This document shows positions 9,290 to 16,497 of a stretch of 45,430 bases of DNA, one piece after another. A program made the translations under genes and the position numbers. This DNA is from Dissulfurispiraceae bacterium (GTDB taxonomy: Bacteria > Nitrospirota > Thermodesulfovibrionia > Thermodesulfovibrionales > Dissulfurispiraceae), in the NCBI GenBank assembly GCA_050011415.1, contig JBEKJD010000001.1, forward strand, positions 1 to 45,430. The letters are read 5' to 3'. A model generated the notes under the pieces. It worked only from the letters and a program-made list of their open reading frames with translations, did not search any database and was not told the origin of the DNA. Each line of letters starts with the position of its first letter. Within the stretch, counting starts at the first letter, position 1.

Positions 9290-10954
9290 CTAAGCTGCCC
9301 TGACATCCTCACAGCAGTTGTCACCCAGGATCGTCCTTAAATCTTCCTCGGGCGTGTCCGCGATCGGTTTTATGTCAAAATTCTTTACGAGGACGTCAAG
9401 AACATTGGGTGTGATAAACGCCGGAAGCGTGGGGCCAAGGCGGATGTCCTTAATGCCCAGGTGCAAAAGAGTCAAGAGTATGGCCACGGCCTTCTGTTCA
9501 TACCATGAAAGGACAAGGGAAAGTGGTAGTTCATTCACCCCAACATTAAAGGCCTTGGCTAACGCAAGCGCTATCTGGACTGCAGAGTATGCGTCATTAC
9601 ACTGGCCTATGTCCAGCAGCCTCGGTATGCCGCCTATGTCGCCCAGGTCCTTGTCGAAGAAACGGAATTTGCCACAGGCAAGAGTCAGGATAACCGTGTC
9701 CTTTGGCGCTTTTTCCACAAATTCCGTGTAGTAGTTCCTGCCGGGCTTTGCCCCGTCGCAACCGCCCACGAGGAAGAAGTGGCGAATATTTCCGGACTTG
9801 ACAGCCTCGACCACTTTTCCCGCAACACCCAAAACAGCATTTCTGGCAAACCCGGTCATAACCTCTTTGCCCGGCGCATCTCCATCAAATCCCGGAAGCG
9901 AAAGGGCCCTTTCTATAACAGGTGCAAAATTGCCGTCTGAAACATGAGGGATATCAGGCCAGCCCACAAGTCCACATGTAAAGATGTTGGCCTTGTATGA
10001 ATCAAGAGGCTTTTGGAGGCAGTTGGTGGTCATCAGGATTGCGCCTGGGAAATGAGCAAACTCCTTGTGTTGGTTCTGCCATGCGGTCCCGAAGTGGCCG
10101 TAGAAGTGGGGATACTTCTTCAGTTCGGGATATCCGTGCGCGGGCAACATCTCGCCGTGGGTGTAGATGTTTATCCCCTTTCCCTCCGTCTGTTTCAGAA
10201 GGTCGAAAAGATCTTTAAGGTCATGGCCTGAAATCAGGATTGCCTTGCCATTCCTGTGACCAAGCGGAACATTTGTCGGGACTGGATTACCGTAGGTCCC
10301 GGTGTTTCCCGCATCCAGAAGTTCCATGGTCTTGAGGTTTATTTCTCCACATTTAAGCACAAGCCCAATCCAATCGTTTAGGCTAAGTTCGGTCTTTGTC
10401 ATGTCTGCCAGGGCTTCACTCATAAATGCATAGACCGCATCGTCGGTTTTTCCGAGGATCTGAGCATGATCTGCATAGGCGGCCACACCTTTTAAGCCGA
10501 AGAGCAGGATGTCCTGAAGCGACTGTATATCAGGGCTGATCGCAACATCGGGCACTTTTTCGACAACCTTTCTCCCCTGCTTTGCCAACTCATCGATTGA
10601 ATCCGCAGGCTTAAATGATGCGCTGCCGTGCGTGAAGTCTGTTTTGCCGCCTGCAGCCTTGACCCTTACCTTGAGAGCCTCGCGAAGACCAACGCACTTG
10701 TTGATCAATCGTTCGAACGGTTCGGGGTCGAAGTTCACGTTAGTGAGTGTAGAAAAAAGCCCTTTGGTTATAAATATGTTTACTTCACGATCAACTACGC
10801 CCACCTTTCTTCCTTCAACTGCCTGCAATGAAAGACCTTTCATTGCATAGATCAAAAGATCCTGCAATGCCGACAACTCCGGGTCCTTTCCGCATACTCC
10901 CATCTTGGTGCAACCCTTTCCCTGCGCTGCTTGCTCACACTGATAACAAAACAT
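9290..10954 (-). CDS. hcp: hybrid cluster protein (hydroxylamine reductase / NO reductase Hcp)
   Basis: N-terminal MFCYQCEQAAQGKGCTKMGVCGK Cys motif. Length is about 554 aa from the internal ATG at 10954, which has a perfect AGGAGG 5 nt upstream. The 21 extra codons in the ORF track have no SD. Confidence 0.93.
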   Translation of the reverse strand: MFCYQCEQAAQGKGCTKMGVCGKDPELSALQDLLIYAMKGLSLQAVEGRKVGVVDREVNIFITKGLFSTLTNVNFDPEPFERLINKCVGLREALKVRVKAAGGKTDFTHGSASFKPADSIDELAKQGRKVVEKVPDVAISPDIQSLQDILLFGLKGVAAYADHAQILGKTDDAVYAFMSEALADMTKTELSLNDWIGLVLKCGEINLKTMELLDAGNTGTYGNPVPTNVPLGHRNGKAILISGHDLKDLFDLLKQTEGKGINIYTHGEMLPAHGYPELKKYPHFYGHFGTAWQNQHKEFAHFPGAILMTTNCLQKPLDSYKANIFTCGLVGWPDIPHVSDGNFAPVIERALSLPGFDGDAPGKEVMTGFARNAVLGVAGKVVEAVKSGNIRHFFLVGGCDGAKPGRNYYTEFVEKAPKDTVILTLACGKFRFFDKDLGDIGGIPRLLDIGQCNDAYSAVQIALALAKAFNVGVNELPLSLVLSWYEQKAVAILLTLLHLGIKDIRLGPTLPAFITPNVLDVLVKNFDIKPIADTPEEDLRTILGDNCCEDVRAA

Positions 10955-11060
10955 GAATACCTCCTGAAGTTTATTTGTCCGGCCTGAAATTCCAAGTACA
11001 CGCCAAGGTATACTCAATTTGCGGCTTTAATTAAGTTTACAATTATAAGTTTAAAGTTGG

Positions 11061-11076
11061 TATGACGCAGGTCATA
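11061..11076. promoter_or_regulatory. 16-bp dyad TATGACGCAGGTCATA (CRP/FNR-box-like), copy 1, upstream of hcp
   Basis: Perfect inverted repeat TATGAC-N4-GTCATA. In the hcp direction it is followed by 21 nt and then TAAACT (11039-11034). The centre is about 114 bp upstream of the hcp ATG. Confidence 0.6.
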
Positions 11077-11150
11077 TTTACCGGAAAGTCAGCAAAATTG
11101 CATCGAGATATTAATGTCCTGTTCCTAACAGTTCTTTACATTATTTTGTC

Positions 11151-11218
11151 GTCATTCCGGGCTTGACCCGGAATCCAGTTCCCTGATTTTTCTGGATTCC
11201 CGCCTTCGCGGGAATGAC
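11151..11218. repeat. REP/MITE-like nested palindromic element
   Basis: Two inverted copies of a roughly 29-nt palindromic unit. ATTCCGGG/CCCGGAAT lies at 11154-11174 and ATTCCCGC/GCGGGAAT at 11196-11215. They are bracketed by GGAATCCAG/CTGGATTCC and GTCATTCC/GGAATGAC. This is the sequence type seen as dispersed intergenic repeats in many environmental bacteria. Confidence 0.6.
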
Positions 11219-11344
11219 AAGACATGCAAACTTACATCTGAGACACCACACTAATATATGATTAACATCATACAACTTCATTAGCCGCTGTTGTTATAGT
11301 ATGGTATCCGGCATGCAGCGGATAAATATCAAGGGAGGCCTCAA

Positions 11345-11962
11345 ATGGACGATACAACAGAAAAGAAGGATATTCCCCTGGAGATAGAAATATCGGATGA
11401 TGATATTTTTGAGGCTATGAAGGATATCCAGGGCTATCTGGACATCACTCCTGCCGATCTGAAAGAGATTTACAAGTTTGCCTATCGTCACGCTTACGAC
11501 AGAATTATGAAGTCGGTCCGGGCCCGCGACATCATGACAAGGGAAGTTTTTTCAGTTAGAAGATCGACCCCCTTAAAGGAAGTTGCCGAAGTGATGGCTG
11601 CCAGGGGAGTTTCCGGGGTGCCTGTTCTTGAAGATGACGGAAGAATAGCAGGGGTCATTTCAGGAAAGGACTTTCTGGCAAATATGGGCGCCAAAGACAA
11701 AAAGAATTTTATGGCTGTTGTTGCAGAGTGTCTTAAAGGCGAGGGATGTATCACAATGCCGATCCGCTGTAAAAAAGCTGAAGACCTTATGACATCTCCG
11801 GCTATAGCCGTTGACGAAAACACAATGGTAACGGAGATAGCCGCCATTTTCTCTGCAAAAAAAATAAACAGGGTCCCTGTTACGGATAAGAATGGGGCGC
11901 TCATCGGCATTGTTACGAGAACTGACATTGTGCATAGCTCTACGGTCAGGCTCAGGACCTGA
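11345..11962 (+). CDS. CBS-pair domain protein
   Basis: Two CBS motifs (ARDIMTREVFSVRRSTPLKEVAEVMAARGVSGVPVLEDDGRIAGVISGKDFL, and AEDLMTSPAIAVDENTMVTEIAAIFSAKKINRVPVTDKNGALIGIVTRTDIV). SD GGGAGG. 5 nt upstream of the HPP gene. Confidence 0.8.
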   Translation: MDDTTEKKDIPLEIEISDDDIFEAMKDIQGYLDITPADLKEIYKFAYRHAYDRIMKSVRARDIMTREVFSVRRSTPLKEVAEVMAARGVSGVPVLEDDGRIAGVISGKDFLANMGAKDKKNFMAVVAECLKGEGCITMPIRCKKAEDLMTSPAIAVDENTMVTEIAAIFSAKKINRVPVTDKNGALIGIVTRTDIVHSSTVRLRT

Positions 11963-11967
11963 CTGGA

Positions 11968-12525
11968 ATGCCACCGCTCAACATGATCATGGAATATCTG
12001 CAAAAGATGAAGGGTTCGACGAAGAGCCCGCCTGCAGTCGGCCTCTCTGAAGTCCTATGGTCCTGGATAGGTGCTTTTCTGGGCATAGCGACAGTTGCCC
12101 TGATCAGTTACAAGCTTTTGGAAAGCACAGGATTTACCCTGATAATAGGCTCTTTCGGCGCTTCCGCAGTATTGATCTATGGCGCTATAAAGAGTCCTCT
12201 GGCACAACCGCGCAATCTTATCGGCGGGCATGTTCTTTCTGCTCTTGTCGGCGTCACCTCCTGGCAGATGTTCAGTAGCCAAATGTGGCTTGCCGCTCCT
12301 TTGGCAGTTGCAACAGCTATAGCCGTAATGCATACAACAAAAACACTGCATCCACCTGGTGGAGCAACAGCGCTCATAGCTGTTATAGGGGGTGAGAGCG
12401 TTCACAAGCTCGGATATTTATATGTTATTCTTCCAGCAGGTGCAGGCGCATTGATTATGCTCCTGGTCGCTCTTTTGGTAAATAATATACCTAAAACCAG
12501 AAGGTATCCTGAATTCTGGTTCTGA
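11968..12525 (+). CDS. HPP family membrane protein
   Basis: Four to five TM segments and the eponymous motif TKTLHPPGGATALIAV. Confidence 0.85.
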   Translation: MPPLNMIMEYLQKMKGSTKSPPAVGLSEVLWSWIGAFLGIATVALISYKLLESTGFTLIIGSFGASAVLIYGAIKSPLAQPRNLIGGHVLSALVGVTSWQMFSSQMWLAAPLAVATAIAVMHTTKTLHPPGGATALIAVIGGESVHKLGYLYVILPAGAGALIMLLVALLVNNIPKTRRYPEFWF

Positions 12526-12563
12526 TGGCTATGATCGTTTTTGACAGGAAAGGATAGAATCTG

Positions 12564-13211
12564 ATGATAATCCAATCGCTCAATGTCGGACTTCCGGCCA
12601 AAGAGATATTTTTTGGTAAAGAGGTCATAACGGGCATCTGTAAAAAACCTGTTATGGGCCCCGTGCACCTCACGAAGACCGGTTTTGCCGGTAACGGAGT
12701 TGCTGACTTGAAACACCACGGGGGACTTGATAAAGCGGTTTGTGTGTATGGCGCCAATCATTATCCTTACTGGGAGGAAGTACTTAAAAGGATCTTGCCT
12801 GCGGCTGCTTTTGGCGAGAACCTTTCACTTTCCAACGTTGATGAGGCTGAAGTATGCATAGGCGATATTTTTCAGCTGGGGACTTCAGTCGTTCAGGTAA
12901 GCCAGCCCCGTCAGCCGTGCTCAACCCTTGCGGCGAGGTATGGCAGGAGCGATATGGTGAAGCTTGTTGTCGATTCCGGAAGAACCGGGTACTATTTCAG
13001 GGTGCTCGAAGAGGGGATTGTGGAAACCGGAAATGCTCTTATTCTCAAGGAAATGGATCGTAACGGTATAACCGTTTCTTTCGCCAATCGGATATACCAT
13101 CATGACAGGAAAAACCGTGAGGGAATAGAAAAGGTTTTAGCAATTGAGTCTCTCTCAGAATCGTGGCGCGAATCATTTATTAAATTGAGAGAGGATTCCT
13201 GCCATCATTAA
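12564..13211 (+). CDS. MOSC domain protein (YiiM-like)
   Basis: The beta-barrel MOSC core has GENLSLSNVDEAEVCIGDIFQLGTSVVQVSQPRQPCSTLAARYG (conserved Cys), followed by a C-terminal helical domain as in YiiM. Confidence 0.85.
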   Translation: MIIQSLNVGLPAKEIFFGKEVITGICKKPVMGPVHLTKTGFAGNGVADLKHHGGLDKAVCVYGANHYPYWEEVLKRILPAAAFGENLSLSNVDEAEVCIGDIFQLGTSVVQVSQPRQPCSTLAARYGRSDMVKLVVDSGRTGYYFRVLEEGIVETGNALILKEMDRNGITVSFANRIYHHDRKNREGIEKVLAIESLSESWRESFIKLREDSCHH

Positions 13212-13239
13212 AAGCTTATATTTTCTAACAGTAAAATCT

Positions 13240-13286
13240 GTCAGGCTATAGGGAATCATATATTTCCTATAGCCTGACCCTTTTCT
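13240..13286. terminator. bidirectional rho-independent terminator (MOSC gene / cupin gene)
   Basis: Perfect 13-bp stem GTCAGGCTATAGG (13240-13252) / CCTATAGCCTGAC (13266-13278). CTTTTCT follows on the + strand. AAAATC precedes it, which gives a T-run on the - strand. Confidence 0.85.
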
Positions 13287-13287
13287 A

Positions 13288-13602
13288 CTATTCGACCGGC
13301 GTTACCACTGCCATCACTACCAGTTTTTCACCTTTATTTGCCTCAAATCCATGCTGCACCATTGGATCGCAGAGAATGCATGTTTTTTCATCAGCCTCTA
13401 TGCTCTCATCACCGACCGTAAAAGTACCTTTCCCCTCGACGCAGTACATGAGAAGCCTGATCGGAGCCTTATGCGGCTCAAGCTTTTGTCCTTTATCAAG
13501 ACACATCAAGGCTATACGCATTTCAGGTTTATCGGAAAGCATCTCCCTTGAAATCTTGCCGCTATCAAATTTTATCAACTGCTTGAGATTGAGCACTTCC
13601 AT
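13288..13602 (-). CDS. cupin domain protein
   Basis: 104 aa. Small beta-barrel pattern with PHKAPIRLLMYCVEGKGTFTVGDE...HGFEANKGEKLVVMAVV. SD GGGAGGA. Confidence 0.6.
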   Translation of the reverse strand: MEVLNLKQLIKFDSGKISREMLSDKPEMRIALMCLDKGQKLEPHKAPIRLLMYCVEGKGTFTVGDESIEADEKTCILCDPMVQHGFEANKGEKLVVMAVVTPVE

Positions 13603-13724
13603 AGTATCCTCCCTTATTCATTAGTATAGAGTCCATCTTTCCAACTTACTGCTTGACGCGGACTTCTCTGACCTCAACTTTTGAGGTTGACAAAGGTATA
13701 AAAAATTTGATCGGTCTGTAACAG

Positions 13725-13979
13725 TTAAGTATTCTGGTTTTGCTCTCGCAGTTTTTTCATCAGCCGTTCATACTTCTCTGCACCGACGCATTCCTTGGCA
13801 GCCGGACACCACTCAATGCATGAGGGTACCATGTCCCGAGTTATTGTTTTTCCACACCCTTTGCAGTTCATCTCAGGCTCATCTGTCCATATTTCATTTT
13901 TTTGGGTGCAAAAGGCACAAATCAATTCTTCCGGGTACGGATTCCTTATCTCCCTGCTTCCTGGGCAACTCTCTTTCAT
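13725..13979 (-). CDS. 8-cysteine miniprotein (two CxxC knuckles + CxxxC-x5-C), unknown function
   Basis: 84 aa. Cys at positions 5, 21, 24, 39, 42, 54, 58 and 64 (CAFC, CKGC, CIEWCPAAKEC). No SD. A -10-like TAAACT ends 7 nt before the ATG, suggesting a leaderless mRNA, and dyad copy 2 lies 21 nt further upstream. Confidence 0.6.
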   Translation of the reverse strand: MKESCPGSREIRNPYPEELICAFCTQKNEIWTDEPEMNCKGCGKTITRDMVPSCIEWCPAAKECVGAEKYERLMKKLREQNQNT

Positions 13980-14013
13980 AATTCTTAGTTTAGCACCATA
14001 TCACACACGACGC

Positions 14014-14029
14014 TATGATTCAGGTCATA
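14014..14029. promoter_or_regulatory. 16-bp dyad TATGATTCAGGTCATA, copy 2, between the divergent Cys-rich gene and DUF438 gene
   Basis: TATGAT-N4-GTCATA. 21 nt away on the minus side is TAAACT (13992-13987). 21 nt away on the plus side is TAAAAT (14051-14056). Confidence 0.6.
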
Positions 14030-14241
14030 AAAAGATAAAATATTAGTTGGTAAAATAGAAGATGATTGTAGGGCATATGTTTCAGAGCAAATGACGCCGG
14101 AGGAAAAAGCACTTATGGACATGACTGCTCTACCAGTGACTGGACACCCGGCAGCGTCTGATCTTGGTGGATTGCATTAAATGAATGTATACTTTCAGTA
14201 ATGGGCCAACGTTAATCAGGTAAATAAAAAAGGAGATTGCC

Positions 14242-15669
14242 ATGGAACTATCCGCCTCAACCAAGATCGCCGATCTGTTGACAAAATATCCATTTTTAAA
14301 AGAGCTTCTCATAAATTTCGACCCGCACTTCAATGCGCTTAACAACCCTGTTATTATGAGGACCCTCGGCCGTATTGCGACAATGAGCAAAGTCTCTTTC
14401 ATGACAGGCGTCTCGCTCAAACAGTTATTCCCCTTCATTGTCGCTGAAGTGAAGAACAGAACAGGCGAAACGCTTATCGTAAAACTTAATGAGCCTGAAG
14501 GTCAGTCCGATGAGTCGACCCAGCGGCTTGAAACCCTGAAAGGGATTATCAAGGATCTGCACAAAGGCGGCGACAAGCAACTCCTTACCGAGCGCTTCAA
14601 CGAACTCATCAAAGACGTTGCACCATGGGAAATAGCGAACATGGAGCAGCAGTTAATGGCGGAAGGTATGCCGCAGGAGGAGATAAAAAGACTCTGCGAC
14701 GTCCATGTTGAGGTATTCAAAAAATCTCTTGATAGGAAGGTCGTCCCAGGTTTGCCTGCCGGCCATCCCGTGCATACCTTAATGCTCGAAAACAGGGCCG
14801 CTGAAGATATCATGAAAGAGATTGAAGCGGTCGGCGGCATACAGGACGACGGGAAGCGGCTGTCAGCTCTTTTTGAACGGCTGTCGGAACTTGATGTCCA
14901 CTACATAAGAAAAGAAAACCAGCTTTTCCCCATTCTCGAGTCAAAGGGGATATCGGGTCCGTCGAAGGTCATGTGGTCGCTCCACGACGATATCCGCGCA
15001 ATGCTGAAGGATGTGAAGGCAAAGATTCGATCTGGCAGCGTCAAGGAAGTCGAGATAAAAGCCGTACTATATATGATCAACGACATGATCTATAAGGAAG
15101 AGCATATATTCTTCCCAATGGCGCTAGAATCACTTACCGAAGAAGATTGGGGACGGGTCCGGGATGGAGAAGATGAAGTGGGCTACGCCTGGGTAAAGCC
15201 GGAGAGCACCTGGCAGCCATCGTCACGCGCTATGAGCGTAGAGCGCATGATCGAAAATATAGGACGTATAAATCTCGATACTGGACTTCTTACCATTGAG
15301 CAGATAAATCTTATTCTCACCAATCTGCCCCTGGATATATCATTTGTGAACGAACAGGATGAGGTCATCTATTACTCTCAGACTCCTGAGAGGATATTTC
15401 CCAGGAGTCCCGGCATTATCGGCAGGAAAGTACAGAACTGCCATCCTCCGAAAAGCGTTGATACAGTTGAAAGAATACTCGAAGCTTTTAAGGCGGGGAC
15501 ACGGGACGTTGCGGATTTCTGGATTCAAATGAAAGGCCGTTTTCTGCATATCCGGTACTTTGCCGTGAGGGATAAGGAGGGAAAGTATAAAGGAACGCTT
15601 GAAGTAAGTCAGGATGTGACTGAAATCAGGAATCTCGAAGGCCAGAAACGTCTTTTAGACTGGAATTGA
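14242..15669 (+). CDS. DUF1858 / DUF438 / hemerythrin-like / PAS multidomain protein
   Basis: The N-terminus is IADLLTKYPFLKELLINFDPHFNALNNPVIMRTLGRIATM (DUF1858-like). The central part has hemerythrin-type His/Glu helices (HPVHTLMLENRAAEDI, HYIRKENQLFP, HDDIRAML, YKEEHIFFP). The C-terminal PAS-like part has FVNEQDEVIYYS...VQNCHPPKS...YFAVRDKEGKYKGTLEVSQDVT. Strong SD AAGGAGA. Confidence 0.8.
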   Translation: MELSASTKIADLLTKYPFLKELLINFDPHFNALNNPVIMRTLGRIATMSKVSFMTGVSLKQLFPFIVAEVKNRTGETLIVKLNEPEGQSDESTQRLETLKGIIKDLHKGGDKQLLTERFNELIKDVAPWEIANMEQQLMAEGMPQEEIKRLCDVHVEVFKKSLDRKVVPGLPAGHPVHTLMLENRAAEDIMKEIEAVGGIQDDGKRLSALFERLSELDVHYIRKENQLFPILESKGISGPSKVMWSLHDDIRAMLKDVKAKIRSGSVKEVEIKAVLYMINDMIYKEEHIFFPMALESLTEEDWGRVRDGEDEVGYAWVKPESTWQPSSRAMSVERMIENIGRINLDTGLLTIEQINLILTNLPLDISFVNEQDEVIYYSQTPERIFPRSPGIIGRKVQNCHPPKSVDTVERILEAFKAGTRDVADFWIQMKGRFLHIRYFAVRDKEGKYKGTLEVSQDVTEIRNLEGQKRLLDWN

Positions 15670-15690
15670 TTATATTCATCACCTGTTTTC

Positions 15691-15706
15691 TATGACATAC
15701 ATCATA
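15691..15706. promoter_or_regulatory. 16-bp dyad TATGACATACATCATA, copy 3, upstream of the micro-ORF
   Basis: TATGAC-N4-ATCATA, followed on the + strand by 20 nt and then TATATG. It sits immediately upstream of the TTGCAA-17-TAATAT promoter. Confidence 0.55.
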
Positions 15707-15710
15707 TTTT

Positions 15711-15739
15711 TTGCAATGCATTACATTATATGATAATAT
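15711..15739 (+). promoter_or_regulatory. sigma-70-type promoter for the micro-ORF
   Basis: -35 TTGCAA (15711-15716), 17-nt spacer, -10 TAATAT (15734-15739). Confidence 0.55.
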
Positions 15740-15821
15740 TAGTTCGGCTGGGTGTAATTGCCCGATACGTCGCAGCTTTGCTGCGGGCTATTTATTAAAA
15801 ACATTTTAAAGGAGATTAACC

Positions 15822-15914
15822 ATGGACATATCGGTTATAGCAACCATCGGCTTTACCTCTCTTGCAATCGTCGGGATACTTATCCTCTTGGTGAGGACCG
15901 GCAAAAAGACATAA
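15822..15914 (+). CDS. 30-aa single-TM micro-protein (MDISVIATIGFTSLAIVGILILLVRTGKKT)
   Basis: Not in the ORF track because it is too short. ATG at 15822 is preceded by AAAGGAGA with 7-nt spacing, nearly the same RBS context as the DUF438 gene. It has a hydrophobic core followed by a basic RTGKKT tail, its own promoter and a dyad upstream. TAA at 15912-15914. Confidence 0.45.
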   Translation: MDISVIATIGFTSLAIVGILILLVRTGKKT

Positions 15915-16011
15915 TCCAGGATAGCAGATTTTTTGGCGAAAACCAGCGCAGGGAACGGACATTTTTATTTTAGCGATAAGGGTACTTTTTTATTCGGTAT
16001 TAAAGTGTCAC

Positions 16012-16497
16012 TCAAATTCTATTTCCCGATCTGATAAAATCCTCGAACGCCTCTGCGCATCGGCCATAAATATTTGAATGTTCCCTGACTCCTGAAGTAA
16101 AGTCGAAAACCCATTCCTTCATCCTTTCGAGAAAAATCGCATCATTGGTGAGTGCAAGGAACTCCAACTCCGCGCTGAAAAGATCGGGCGGCTCGCCTTC
16201 ATAGCCGAAGTGCAGCCCGTGTTTCTCATACAACTCCCGGACCTCAACAGATGCGTTGCCGTATACTACACCCTCCCGATAGTAAGACTCGTAGGGCGGA
16301 CAGAGAAGACGCGGGAACGCTGAGATGAAAAGCCTTGTGTATTCTGCCTGCATATCTTCGAGGGACATGCTCTTCAGCTCCCCCTCGCACAACGGACCGG
16401 AAAAATCAGCGGTCCTGGATATCTCTCCAAGCTCCTGCAGCGTATCCTCTGTCGGGTACGAAAAAACGAGGGAGAAGTAACGGAAGAGGTCCATCAT
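16012..16497 (-). CDS. TorD/NarJ/DmsD-family molybdoenzyme maturation chaperone
   Basis: 161 aa. AEYTRLFISAFPRLLCPPYESYYREG...PPDLFSAELEFLALT matches the redox-enzyme-maturation-protein pattern. The start overlaps the NrfD-like stop (ATGATG). Confidence 0.75.
   Translation of the reverse strand: MMDLFRYFSLVFSYPTEDTLQELGEISRTADFSGPLCEGELKSMSLEDMQAEYTRLFISAFPRLLCPPYESYYREGVVYGNASVEVRELYEKHGLHFGYEGEPPDLFSAELEFLALTNDAIFLERMKEWVFDFTSGVREHSNIYGRCAEAFEDFIRSGNRI

Noticed and set aside
12530-12545. TATGATCGTTTTTGAC upstream of the MOSC gene, which begins like the dyad half-site.
   Set aside because: The right half (TTTGAC) is not the complement of the left half, so it is not a copy of the TATGAY-N4-RTCATA dyad.
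13671-13687. Small hairpin ACCTCAA-CTT-TTGAGGT between the Cys-rich gene and the cupin gene.
   Set aside because: The stem is 7 bp with a 3-nt loop and there is no T-run on either strand. This is not enough to call a terminator, and the two genes may be co-transcribed.
14141-14155. TGGACA-N5-CAGC with correct GG/GC spacing, upstream of the DUF438 gene.
   Set aside because: Both half-elements deviate from TGGCAC/TTGCA at several positions. It is too weak to call without a PWM score.
15758-15973. 71-aa TTG-initiated ORF from the track overlapping the micro-ORF region.
   Set aside because: It has no SD and a hydrophilic, low-information sequence. The 30-codon ORF in another frame has a strong RBS and a coherent TM-helix sequence, so I favour that one. 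Neither is proven.
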